Positions 11,320 to 23,710 are shown, numbered from the whole stretch's first letter. The stretch is 63,766 nucleotides of DNA, filler included, from Octopus bimaculoides (GCF_001194135.2; 4 parts of 3 records of this genome joined end to end with filler, not necessarily neighbours in it), one strand, 5' to 3'. The notes: generated by a model from the letters alone, not told the origin. A program made the numbers and translations.

Positions 11320-11412
11320 TTAATACCTGGACATACTTGTTACTTATTCATACATTAAAGCATGTTGTTTGTACGCAAGCAGGACATTTGAGTGAATAAA
11401 AATTTAGTTAAA

Positions 11413-11504
11413 CTTATAGCCATGAGTTCCTCCATTAATCACCAAACAAATCAGCTAATAAGTTAATTAATTGATTAATTAATCATTTGTAGGTCGTCAG
11501 TAAG
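11413..11504 (-). ncRNA. Degenerate long-stem-II hammerhead (copy D)
   Basis: Minus: CTTA CTGACGA [64 nt ending ATTAATGGAG] GA-ACTCATGGCT A TAAG; stem I CTTA/TAAG; one core A missing. Confidence 0.55.
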
Positions 11505-11639
11505 GTCGCTGAGACTACAATGCGTACTGAAAAGACCAAGTAAACACATACATATTCATTTTCAACTAAATTTTTATTCACTCAAATGTCTTGCTTGAAT
11601 ACAAACAACATGTTTTAATGCCTGTGTGTATATATATGT

Positions 11640-11870
11640 TCATTTCCTTATTGCCCACAGGGGGCTAAACATTGAGGCGACAAACAAAGACAGACAAAGG
11701 GAGTAAGTCAATTACATTGACCCCAGTGCATAACTGGTGCTTATCTAATTGACCCCGAAAGGATGAAAGGCAAAGTTGACCTCAGCAGAATTTGAACTCA
11801 GAACGTAACGACAGACGAAATACCAATAAGCATTTCGCCCGGCGTGCTAACGATTCTGCCAGCTCACCAC
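11640..11870 (-). mobile_element. tRNA-derived SINE (GGTCGACTTTGCCTTTCATCC family)
   Basis: Reverse complement of the copy at 26412-26645. Confidence 0.85.
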
Positions 11871-12919
11871 CCCATCCATTACATACATATATATAAGTGT
11901 GTGTGTATGTATGTATGTATGCATAAATGTATGCATATATATGTATGCATAAATATATATATATATATATGCATGTGTGTTTTTGTGTCTTCTTGTTTTG
12001 ACATTGTGTGATTGTTGTAAATGAGTGTCACTGTTATACAAGCAGTGTCCTTTGTTTCCAGTCTTCTGTGAAAACATGTCTGGCCACAGAGAAATGTAAT
12101 GTTGTTTTGGAAACAGATTAGGCTTGGTGACAGGAAGGGCATTCAGCCTTAGAAATACAGCCCCCAACAAACTCTGTCTGGCCCATGTAGACATGGGAAA
12201 CAGGGTGATAAAATGATGATGATGATGGTGGTGGTGATCTTTTTGTGGATAAAAAAAAATGTGATTTGTCAGACTGGTCCCAATCTTTACATTGGGACCT
12301 CGTTACAGATCAACTACCTTCATTAACTATTTTCATAGAAATATTATTTATAAGGTCATTGCCATATTTCATCTGAGCTCGTATGTTCCAAGTTCAAACC
12401 TTACCTGGATCAACTTTGTCTTTGATCCTGCCAGGATCAATAAAATAAATCATCAATCAGCTATCAGCATCAATGATATCGGTTAACTTTTCTCCTTTGT
12501 GAGATTTGTGGCTAAATCAGACACATTTATAAACGAGTACTTCAGAGAACTGAATAATCGGATTTGCATAAGCCTATGCATTCTGAGCATTCATTTGGCT
12601 TAATATATTACTTGTATACTAAAAGTGTGTTCTCACAATAGAGTAAATGCAATAGATTTTTGTTTGGTCAATACTGTGTGCAGACAGATAAGGGCAGCTT
12701 GTCTTTTATCCATAAATATATGTCTGTCACTTAAGCCCACACCTAACATTAATAACAATAAGGCAATGGACGCATGCAAAGAGGAAAGGAAGAGAGAATG
12801 GAGATAAAGTGAGGGGTTGTTGGTGATAGCATAAGGTCTGGGAGCCGGGGAATGGGGTGGGNNNNNNNNNNNNNNNNNNNCCACTAGGTAATCAAACTTA
12901 TTGACATTCTGTAGACTCT

Positions 12920-13230
12920 CCTTTGTGTGGAAGACAGTCTTGAAGGATGAGAGGGAGAGGGAGAGAAAGGGGATAGAGAGAGGAGAGAGAAAGGTAGAGG
13001 GGGAAGAGAAAGGAGATGGGAGAGAGAGGAAGGAAAAGAAAAGAAAGGGAGAAAGAGGGAGAGAGGAGAAATGAAGGGGAGAGAGGGAAAGACAGAAGAG
13101 AGGGAGAGAGGGGAAAGAAAGAATAGAAGAGGAGAGAGGGAGACAGGGAGGGAGAGGGGGAGAGATGGAAAGAGAGGGCGGGAGAGAGGAGGATGTGAGA
13201 GAAATGATAAAAGAGAATGAGAAGAAAACA
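12920..13230. repeat. Purine-rich (GA/GGA) low-complexity tract
   Basis: Direct reading. Confidence 0.9.
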
Positions 13231-13639
13231 TTTTTAACTGCCCTCTAAAGAAATAACAACCAAACTAAGTCAAATCACATCATATTTATTGTTAAAAAGG
13301 AAGGACACATTGAATAATACAATTCATGATAAACAGAATGTAGGGAAGATCACAACTGGAAAGTCTTTCCTCATAGGTCTACTCTATGAAATAAGTGGAG
13401 GGGGGAGGCAAAACAACAACAACAACAGCAGCAGCAAAATAATTTGATTATGTAAATTAATATTTCTTTTAATTAATGAATGGGGAGATATTAACCATTC
13501 CGGCTGGGAATCTTCACATGAAACTAGAAACGTGAATCTTAGAAAATTGAATGAAAAATGAAAAATTTCCTGAGAATTCTTGCCTAATAGAGTTTATTCC
13601 TGAAAGAAATTAATATTTATGAAACAACATATATACATA

Positions 13640-13797
13640 GGTATGTGTGAGTGTATACGTGTGTGTGTGTGTGTGTGAGTGTGTGTATGTGTGTGTGTGT
13701 CTATGCATGTATGTATATATATTTATATATTCAAATATATATTATATGCATATATATATTATATATATATATATATATCTATCTATCTATCTATCTA

Positions 13798-13840
<43 letters not shown>

Positions 13841-14160
13841 GTATATACATACATATATATATGTATCCATATACATGACATATGCATAAATACACACACA
13901 CACACACACGCATATATATATACACATACATATATGCGTACACATGCATATAGACATATATATGCATATATATATAAGTACACATACACAAATTTATATA
14001 CATACATGTGTACAAGCACACACACAAGCACATACACACAAGCTCATACACACACAGAGACATACAAGCACAACCACACACACGCACACAAACACACACA
14101 CAAACACATACACACACGCAAACACACAAGCACAAACACACAAACACACATATATATAAT
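13640..14160. repeat. Compound (GT)n/(AT)n/(CA)n low-complexity block
   Basis: Direct reading; source of many spurious ORFs. Confidence 0.9.
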
Positions 14161-14422
14161 ATACAAAATAATAGGTTGAATCCCTATAATTTAAGCAATA
14201 CCAGAAAATACTGACTCCTCAGGTTTATGTATATTTAAGCTAATCTTTATATTTGGTGACGTCCCTTTATTTATATTCCAAGTTTGAAACATGAGTTAAT
14301 CGTCACATTTTCCTATTCATCTTTCTTGGGTCAATAAAAGTGGGATAACAGTAATTTTATAATGATTACAGAGTGGGAGGCACATGTTAGCTATTCAGAA
14401 ACTGTTACCTTCACTTAAACAT

Positions 14423-14795
14423 TTATTTCCTCTGCCTTAGTGAAGGTGGAGGTATTGTTTTCAGTTGCGCTTGTTTGTTTGTTCATGGACAAGATATCTC
14501 AAGAACTGCTGGATGGATGCAGATGAAACTGTCAGGGATGTTTAGCCTCATGACTGGCACAAACTGATTAGATTTTGGCATAGATCAAGTACCGGACAAG
14601 GATTCTGGATTATTTTTCATGTTTTTTTTTTTACTTAATTTTTGAGAGCGGCCAGGTTTAGTTTTAGTATTCTCATTTATGAGAGCAGTTGAGTTTACTT
14701 CTGATATTCTCATTTTAAAAATCATCTCCAGCTAATTATTGAGAGGACATTGGTGTTGCCTTGGCAGAGGTTTGCGCTCTCTGAGTGCTCTTGTT
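14423..14795 (+). mobile_element. Non-autonomous Helentron-type (HINE/DINE-like) element
   Basis: Subterminal inverted repeats CCTCTGCC (14429-36) / GGCAGAGG (14763-70), 3' hairpin GCGCTC-TCT-GAGTGC, internal GTTT repeats; second copy at 32658. Confidence 0.7.
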
Positions 14796-14959
14796 CTATA
14801 TAATATGATGTCAAAAGTGTTGTTGGTCCAAACTGCAACCTGGTCACTGATGAAATTAGATACAGGGCGCTTGGGCTAAATTTGACATTTTGCAGGAAAG
14901 GTAAAGAAAATACGATGTAAAATTCCAAAATAAAAGTATTATGAAAAATAAAAAAATAT

Positions 14960-15640
14960 ATCAACTGGACTATGGCTGGGAGATAACAGTTGGCTCAAAG
15001 TAGCTGCCTTCATCTTCCACCACGACCTCAAGATGGCTCAGGAGCCTGGTACTGTGTCCTTGGGAAGATCTTTGAATGCCTCCTTCATCTTAGCCTTGGG
15101 GCTGCAAGCAGAGCAATTGGTGTCTTTCTCAACCATTGCATGCACAATGTAATGCATGGGATTATAATCAGGGGATTTCAGAGGTCAGAAATTGGGGCTG
15201 ATGAAGTTGCAGAAATTCTCTTCTGACTCTTGCCGAAGGTATGGCAAAGAGCTGAATTCTGCTGCCATACATGGCCTTCCAACAGCAACCTTCTCCAACC
15301 AGGGTTTGACTGCAGTCTTCAGCAGCTTCACATAACCATCTGAATTGAGCCAAAGGACCTGCTCAAAGATGTGGGGTGGCATGATGTCACCATCACTGGG
15401 GGGGGGGGGGTGATGTCACTCTCGCTGGTGACACACCCAAAGACCATCACAGCTGCCTATCTCACATCTTATGACCTGTATAGTGTTCACAGAGCATTGA
15501 GCAACAGTTATGATGTCGACGTTTTGACACCCAGTGCAAACCATCAGGACAAAAGATAACTCTTTCCCAATATTCAGATCGATTCCAGTCTTCCATATCA
15601 GTCAACTTTTTCTCAACTACAGCTTCAGTTTTTATGCTCT
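14960..15640 (-). mobile_element. Degenerate Tc1/mariner (DD37D/maT-like) transposase fragment
   Basis: Minus-strand fragments such as NSDGYVKLLKTAVKPWLEKVAVGRP and NFCNFISPNF*PLKSPDYNP are homologous to the copy at 36184-37400. Confidence 0.8.
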
Positions 15641-16194
15641 TCAATGCTGTTGACTGTTTACCATTACATTGAACTGTTCCTGAAAAAAGGGAGATGAAAA
15701 AATCCCCTTCAAATTCATCCCGATCACCCTGTATTATACTAAATACTAAATTGAGATAACTATTATATTATTATGTTATTTAACACATCAGTGATTGTGT
15801 ATCACTTTGAAAATTGTATATTTTCGAATGGGAGTTTAGCAGCGCCATCTCAGTCAGGCCGAGGAAGAGAAATAACTCAGAAACCACAGTCCAATGATAT
15901 TGCTCTGTGCTGAGTGGGGGTGCTGGGCTCCCCTGTTCGAAAATATAAGGACACATATGTGTGTCATATAGCCAGCTAAAGGCAATGTTTCCTGGGGTTA
16001 AAACACCAGTAACATTCATCCCAACCAGGACTGCCACATTATGTTGGCAAATAATCTTTACTTTATTATATTATTATATGAGACTCAGTACTACACCCGG
16101 GTAACTGCTGTATTGGAGACTGAAGTGGGATAACTGATATATAAGATTACATACTCGTTTCAAAGTTTGGCACAAAAGGCCAACAATTTCAGGG

Positions 16195-16375
16195 AAGTGG
16201 TGGTGGTGGGGGTGCATGTTGATTCCTTTGGATCCCAGGGCTCAACTGCTGCTTATAAAAAATAACCCTGAAAGAATGAAAGACAAAGTGGACTTCGGTG
16301 AAATTTGAACTCAGAACCTAAAGACAGATATGCATTTTGCTTGGCATGCTGACAATTCTGCCAGTGTGCTGTCTT
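16195..16375 (-). mobile_element. Diverged tRNA-derived SINE (26412 family)
   Basis: GAATGAAAGACAAAGTGGACTTCGG...TTTGAACTCAGA matches the family in reverse. Confidence 0.7.
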
Positions 16376-17819
16376 AGATAATATTATATATTAAAACAGA
16401 AACCGGGAAATGAAACCAGGAAACCAGGAAACTGGCACTTATGAGCCAGGCAGGACTCGGGAAGGAACAAACAACAAACAACAATGATATGGTTGTCTAC
16501 TTTTAGAATAATATTGTGAGTTAAGTGTAAGAGGTCAGATCTGGCCAGTCTGAAGATAAAACATAAAGATTATTTTGGTGGGATATGGTGGGTTTAAACG
16601 TCAAAGGGGTAATTACTAAAAAAGGGTAAACATTATTTTATGCTACAGTATGTTTCCTAGTTTTAAGCATCAAGTTCAGTCTTGAAATATAATTTATGTT
16701 GTTGATTCATTAAACTTATTTATTTAATAGGATTTTGGTATAGATATATTTTTCAATGCTGGAGAAGATATATTCGTTTGGATTCACAAGAGTAAATCTT
16801 CCTTAGAATAATTTCCACAAAGATTATGAAGCCTAAGGGATTAATATGATAACAAGTCACTGATGGTGGTTTTTATAGTTCTTTGGAATTTGATATTCTT
16901 CAAAGAAATATTTCATAAACCAAAATTTTCAACATGTCTAGCAACATTGCTATGTTGTTTGTCTTCCATTATGCAGATCCATCAATTCCTTTACCATTTT
17001 CATCTTTATTTGATAACCATTTATCCTAGCATATTAGTATATGTAATGCACGTGTGTGTGTGTGTGTGTACGTGTCTCATCCTGCCTCGCTCTCTCTCTC
17101 TTTCAATCTGTCTGTCTGCCTGTGTGTGTGTCTATCTGTCTGTTTGTCTCTCCCTGCCTTTCTCTCTCTCTCTCTTTCTCTTTCTTTCAATCTGTCTGCC
17201 TCTGTGTGTGTGTGTGTGTGTTTCTTTCTCTCTTTCTATTAGTCTGTCTATCAGTCTCTCTCTATCTCTCTCTCTCTCTCTCTCCTTCTGTCTATCTCTT
17301 TGTCTCTCCCTGCTTCTCTCTCCCTCCCCCCTCCCCCCTCTTAAAATGGTCTTTTATCTTCAATAAAAAAGGTCTCTTAGTTGCCACAGTTGTTGTTTAA
17401 CCCCTACCTCAGTCACCCGGAGAGAACAAACCTACTTATGAATAAAAGTGTTCCAACCATGACCATCACAACTCCAGTGTATGACTGACATTAGTTGAGC
17501 ACTTAGTTGTATACTCTTCTCCTACATTCAACAATACAAAATAACAACCATCTTGTATATTATAAACTCAATATGTGGTCATCCACATCTCTGTCTGTCT
17601 GTCCATCTGCTTGCCTGGCTACCTGTCTGTCCATCAGTTCGTCACTCAATCTGCCTACCTGTCCGTCTTGTTGGGCCTCACTGAGGCAAAGCGGCTGAAT
17701 TCCTTTCGAGCATTGAGTGCCAGCATTTGGGTTGCTCTCTTATTTCTGCTAAATATTAAGAAAAGTATTTACAGACTCATGTTTTGGGTTATATTTTTTC
17801 CGGTTTGCATCAATATACC

Positions 17820-18410
17820 TCTGTGTGTGTGTATGTTTGCGCATGTCCTTGTATGTGTGTGTGTGTGTGTGTGTGTTTGTGTATGTCTTTGTATCGGTGC
17901 ATGTGTATGTGTGTGTTTGTGTATGTCTTTGTATGTGTGTGTGTGTTTGTGTATGTCTTTGTATGTGTGTGTGTGTTTGCATATGTCTTTGTATGTGTAT
18001 GTGTTTGTATGTGTGTGTTTGCGTGTCTTTGTATGTCTGTGTGTATGTGTGTGTGTGAGTGAGTGCATGTTTGTGTATGTATTTGCATATGTTTTTGTGT
18101 GAGTGTGTATGTGTGTGTACATGTGTGTGTATGTGTATGTATGTATGTATGTTTGCATGTCTTTGTATGTGTGTATGTGTGCGTGTATGTGTGTATGTAT
18201 GTATGTATGTGTGTATGTATGCGTGTATGTATGCGTGTATGTATGTGTGTTTGTGTGTCTTTGTATGTGTGTGTGTATGTGTGTGTACGTGTGTGTATAT
18301 GTGTGTACGCATGCGTGTATGTGTATGTGTGTGTATTTGTATGTCTTTGTATGTGTGTGTATGTGAGAGTGTGCGTGTGTGTGTATGTGTGTTTGTGTGT
18401 GTGCATGAGT
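17820..18410. repeat. GT-rich compound repeat with recurring ATGTCTTTGT units
   Basis: Direct reading. Confidence 0.9.
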
Positions 18411-18412
18411 AA

Positions 18413-18730
18413 TGAAGGCTTGTGGTTTAGTGTTTTGGGTATTCAACTTACGATCTTCAGGTCATGAGTTCAATTCCCAGCTCTGTGTGTTGTGTCCTTG
18501 AGCAAGACACTTCATTTCTCGTTGCTCCAGTCCACTCAGCTGGCAAGAAATGAGTAGTACCTGTAATTCAAAAGGGGCCAGCCTTATCCCATTCTGTGTC
18601 ATGCTGAATCTCCCCGAGAACTACATTAAGAGTACGAGTGTCTGTGGAGTACTCAGCCACTTGCTTGTTAATTTCACGAGCAAGCTGTTCCCATTGATTG
18701 GGTCAACTGGAACACTGGTCGTCGTAACAA
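18413..18730 (+). mobile_element. tRNA-derived SINE
   Basis: tRNA-like head with GAGTTCAATTCC; 3' body shared with 29594-29946. Confidence 0.8.
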
Positions 18731-19487
18731 CAACGATGACGTTGACAACAATGATGATGACAAAGGAGGTGGTGATGGTGATGGTGATGGTGGTGGTGGT
18801 GAAGGTGGTGATGGTAATGAAAATGCTGCTGCTGTTGCTGGTAATGATGGTGATGATGATGATGTATTGTTTTATCTTTGTTTATATGGAAATAATAAAG
18901 GATTTAACATAGATTGGCAAGCAAAATATAATTGTATCCCATTACCCACATCCCACTCCATAAATTGTCTTTTATATGAAGTCAATAATTTCTCCTGATT
19001 CCTACTGGAATGGTTTTCATTTATTTATTCATTTATTTTTATCTGATTAAGAACTTTTATCTACAGCTTCTTCTTTTAACCAAGTTATTAAACGGTTATT
19101 TTCAGAAACAGGTCCTAAATGTCTTTTAGTGATCTGAGATGTTGTTGATTTTTTTCTTTTTTTTTCTGTTATGAAGCATCATGCAAAACCAATTTTACAC
19201 CATTAGTTCCAAGAATTTGGATGATTTTCTTTGGAGAAGAACAAAAAAATCATTCCACAGGCAACTAATTCTACCAAATACTCAGTCACAACAGCCAACA
19301 AAAAAGTTCAGAAAATGTAAAACATATAAATAAATAAACATAAAATAAAATAAAATAAAATATCTCTGTAACCATTAAGATTCCATGCCATCAGAGATAG
19401 AACAGTCTTCATCTTATATAAATGGCTTCATGTTCTTGCTTGAATCCAACACTGCTCAAGGAGATTATGTGCACATGTATATACATG

Positions 19488-19529
<42 letters not shown>

Positions 19530-19571
19530 CATACACATGTGTATATATGTGTATGTATGTGTATGTGTGTG

Positions 19572-19614
<43 letters not shown>

Positions 19615-19666
19615 NNNNNNNNNNNNNNNNNNNNNNNNNNNNNNNNNNNNNNNNNNNNNNNNNNNN

Positions 19667-20225
19667 CACTTTTCGCTACATTTGGTGTGTCCTTTCTAAT
19701 TGTGCTACCAATCCACTTCCACTTTTTCTTAAATATTTGTTCCCTAATCGAAACTTGATTCATTCTTTGCCATAGCTCCATATTGCTTATGTGTTCGGGC
19801 CATCTGATTTTAAGTATACTACGCAAGCATCTGTAGATGAATGATTGTATTTGCTTATTTGACTTAACTGTTGTTCACCATGTCTCAGCCCCATACAATA
19901 ACACCGCTTTTACGTTAGTGTTAAAAATTTTTATTTTGTTCTTTATTGAAATTACACTTGTGCTCCATACTTTTTATAACAGGTGAAAATCAGTCCTTGC
20001 CTTACTTATTCTCATCTTAATATCTTCGTCGGTGCTGCCTGAGAACGTTATCTTACTACCTAAATACGTAAACTCAGCTACATCCTCTAGTTCACCGGTT
20101 TCTAGTTTAATGTTTGCTGTTTTCTTCATTAACATGCATAATTTTTGATTTGTTGCGATTGACCTTCAATCTTAGTTTGGCAGCTATTAGCACATGTTTT
20201 TTAGACCTTCACACCTCTCAGTTTA
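19667..20225 (-). mobile_element. RTE-clade LINE, C-terminal RT/thumb remnant (family without the PHD insert)
   Basis: Minus translation: LKVNRNKSK...EFTYLGS...KAVLLYGAETW...LRSILKIRWPEHISNMELW...KWKWIGSTIRK. Confidence 0.85.
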
Positions 20226-20526
20226 CCATTGTTTCATGATATGCATAGCTAAGCTAAGAATTTTTCCCTCATTTTTGTAATCACCTCATTCATTCACTCA
20301 TTTAACTCATAATACTAACATGTACTATCATAACCTGTAACTATTTAATTCTTCAAATAACCTTCAAACCATAATTCCCTAAAATCTTAGTTCTCCGCCC
20401 CTGTTTTATAATGTTTTTGCCAATGTTCTCTAAAATTTGTATGCATTCTTGTGTTATTTATGTCTCTCACTGTTGCCATGTTTCTCTTCTGCCCATGTTC
20501 CCTCCCATGTCCCTTTCCCAGTTCCC

Positions 20527-20700
20527 AGAGTTGGCACTGTCAATGGAAGCACATTGAAGGGTAAGTCTAGTGAGATTGCTGAGCTGCTTGAATGGAAGTG
20601 TGTTGATGTCTGCTGCATCCAAGATGTAAGGTGGAGAGGAGCTTCAGCCAGGTTCCACACAGGCAAGATATGTAGGTATAAAATTTTCTGGGAAGGTAAC
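20527..20700 (+). mobile_element. LINE apurinic-type endonuclease N-terminus (RTE-like), runs into a gap
   Basis: RVGTVNGSTLKGKSSEIAELLEWKCVDVCCIQDVRWRG...RYKIFWEGN resembles the N-terminal motifs of the retrotransposon APE domain. Confidence 0.8.
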
Positions 20701-21414
20701 AAAACAAAAAAAAAAAAAANNNNNNNNNNNNNNNNNNNNNNNNNNNNNNNNNNNNNNNNNNNNNNNNNNNNNNNNNNNNNNNNNNNNNNNNNNNNNNNNN
20801 NNNNNNNNNNNNNNNNNNNNNNNNNNNNNNNNNNNNNNNNNNNNNNNNNNNNNNNNNNNNNNNNNNNNNNNNNNNNNNNNNNNNNNNNNNNNNNNNNNNN
20901 NNNNNNNNNNNNNNNNNNNNNNNNNNNNNNNNNNNNNNNNNNNNNNNNNNNNNNNNNNNNNNNNNNNNNNNNNNNNNNNNNNNNNNNNNNNNNNNNNNNN
21001 NNNNNNNNNNNNNNNNNNNNNNNNNNNNNNNNNNNNNNNNNNNNNNNNNNNNNNNNNNNNNNNNNNNNNNNNNNNNNNNNNNNNNNNNNNNNNNNNNNNN
21101 NNNNNNNNNNNNNNNNNNNNNNNNNNNNNNNNNNNNNNNNNNNNNNNNNNNNNNNNNNNNNNNNNNNNNNNNNNNNNNNNNNNNNNNNNNNNNNNNNNNN
21201 NNNNNNNNNNNNNNNNNNNNNNNNNNNNNNNNNNNNNNNNNNNNNNNNNNNNNNNNNNNNNNNNNNNNNNNNNNNNNNNNNNNNNNNNNNNNNNNNNNNN
21301 NNNNNNNNNNNNNNNNNNNNNNNNNNNNNNNNNNNNNNNNNNNNNNNNNNNNNNNNNNNNNNNNNNNNNNNNNNNNNNNNNNNNNNNNNNNNNNNNNNNN
21401 NNNNNNNNNNNNNN

Positions 21415-21473
<59 letters not shown>

Positions 21474-21494
21474 GATGGATGTATATATGTATTT

Positions 21495-21710
21495 GTGTGT
21501 GTGTGTCTGTGTTTGTCCCCACTCCATCAAATGACAACTGATGCTGGTGTGTTTACGTACCCGTAACTTAGTGGTTCTGCAAAAGAGACCGATAGAGTAA
21601 GTATTAGACTTACAAAGAATAAGCTCTGGGTTGATTTGTTCAACTAAAAAGCAGTGCTCTAGCATGACCACAGTCAAATGACCAAAACAAGTAAAAAAGT
21701 ATGAAAAGAA
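21495..21710 (+). mobile_element. SINE 3' body (TTGACAACCGATG...GCAGTCAAATGACTGAAAC family)
   Basis: Similar copies at 24315-24525, 26165-26365, 29226-29320, 34625-34800(-) and 47020-47120(-). Confidence 0.8.
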
Positions 21711-21849
21711 AAAAAGAATACATCCTTCGTTTAAGGAAACATGTTTGAATATGCATTTAAAAGCTCTAATTTCATTATACTAATTACAGCCTAACGATGC
21801 CAACTAGCAATAATAGGGTCGCACCAAGCTGTACTGATATATTCTTTTC

Positions 21850-22055
21850 TATTCTAGGCACAAGGCCCGAAATTTTTGGTGAGGGGGCCAGTTGATTAGA
21901 CTGACACCAGTGTGCAACTGGTACTTAATTTATCGACCCTGAAAGGATGAAAGGCAAAGTCGACCTCGGCGGAATTTGAACTCAGAACATAAAGACAGAC
22001 GAAATACCACTAAGCATTTTGCTTGGCATGCTAACATTTCTGCCAGTTTGCCACC
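21850..22055 (-). mobile_element. tRNA-derived SINE (26412 family)
   Basis: GGATGAAAGGCAAAGTCGACCTCGGCGGAATTTGAACTCAG. Confidence 0.85.
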
Positions 22056-22274
22056 TTGATTATATGGCCATATTGTCTGAGAAATGAATGCATGAATGTG
22101 CTCCACCCAGTATTCATGGAGGCTACAGTCTCTACTGTAATCATGTCAAGAATATGGACTATGATGATAAGAAACATGTGGTTTGTGGAAATGAGCATAT
22201 TTATAAGTTCCATCCAAGGATTATTATTATTATAATTGTTACTTTGTACATGTGTTTGTTTGTGTGTGTGATAG

Positions 22275-22343
22275 ATAGAAAGACAGATAGATAGACAGAC
22301 AGACAGATAGATCGATAGCTAGATAGACAGATAGATCGATAGC

Positions 22344-22407
<64 letters not shown>

Positions 22408-22590
22408 TAGATAGATAGATAGATAGACAGACAGATAGATGGATAGACAGACAGACACAGAGAGAGAGAGAGAGATGGATAAACAGGCAGACTGATAGAC
22501 AGACAGACAGACAGATAGATAGATAGATAGACTAATAGACAGACAGACCAACAGGCAGATAGATAGATAGAAAGAAAGATAGATACAAAT
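22275..22590. repeat. (GATA)n/(GACA)n tetranucleotide microsatellite
   Basis: Direct reading. Confidence 0.95.
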
Positions 22591-23089
22591 ATAGCAGGCT
22601 TCTTTCAGGTTCAGCATACAAAATCCATTTACAAAACTTTAATCGACCCAGGGCTATAATGTTAAAAAGGAGAAAAAAAAAAGTAAAGGTATTTTCTTAA
22701 GGTCCTATGCAGTAAAACTGAACCTGGAATTATTTTGTTGCTTAGCAAACTTCTTCACCACACAGCCAAACTTGCTGAGCAACCAGACTGCCTTCTCAGA
22801 TTCCTAAGTGTTTGTTAAAATATAAAGCAAGAAGACGACGAGAGACCACAGCCTGGCTTTAGCAAAGCATTGTGATGAGTTTTTATGTGAGGACAAAGGC
22901 ACTTTTTTCTTTCCATTGGCTGTGAGCTCTTTAAAACCCTGGTTCCTACAATATTATTAATTACGGCAAATTGTTGTACAAGTTATCTTCTATTGTTGTG
23001 TAATGTTAAAGCTTTTTGTATTTTGTCTGAATGCTTTACCAGTTTGCACTCGATCTATGGACATACTTCACATGTTAATTCACTTAAGA

Positions 23090-23710
23090 GATGGGCGTGT
23101 GTGTGTGGTTGTGTGTGTAAGCGTGTGTGATAGTGTGTGTGTGTGTGTGTGTAAGAGCGTGTGTTTGTGGTTTTGTGTGATTTTTATTATCATTGTGTCT
23201 GAGTGTGTGTGTGTATGTGTGCATGTGTGTGTTATGTATGTGTGTGTGTGTGTGTTGTGTGTGTGTGGTTGTGGTTGTGTGTGTGTTGTGTGTGTATGTG
23301 AATCTGTGTGTTATATGTCTTTTGTGGAGGTATGTGCGAATATGTGTGTGTGGTTGTGTGTGTGTGTTGTGTGTGTGTGAATCTGTGTGTTATATGTGTT
23401 TTGTGGAGGTGTGTGCGAATATGTGTGTGTGGTTGTGTATGTGTGTGTTGTGTGTGTGTGTGTGAATCTGTGTGTTATATGTGTTTCGTGGGTGTGTGTG
23501 TGTGAATGTGTGCAGTTTTGAATGTCTGTGTTATGTGTATGTGAGTGTTTGTGAACGTGTGTGTGTTGTGTGTGTATGTATTATGTGTGTATTATGCGTA
23601 TGTGAGTGTGTGTGTGTGTGTGTATGTGTGTGAATGTATGTTGTGTGTGCGTGTGTGTCTGTACATGCGTGCATGCTTGTGTACGTGTGCACATGCATGT
23701 GTGTGAGCGT
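23090..23710. repeat. GT-rich block containing three ~80-bp higher-order units
   Basis: GAATCTGTGTGTTATATG recurs at 23300, 23379 and 23464. Confidence 0.85.

Larger units (their letters stand above)
10863..11356. repeat. Foldback inverted repeat, arms 10863-11059 and 11157-11356
   Basis: Arms are diverged reverse complements of about 197 bp with a spacer of about 97 bp; each arm contains a hammerhead. Confidence 0.9.
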
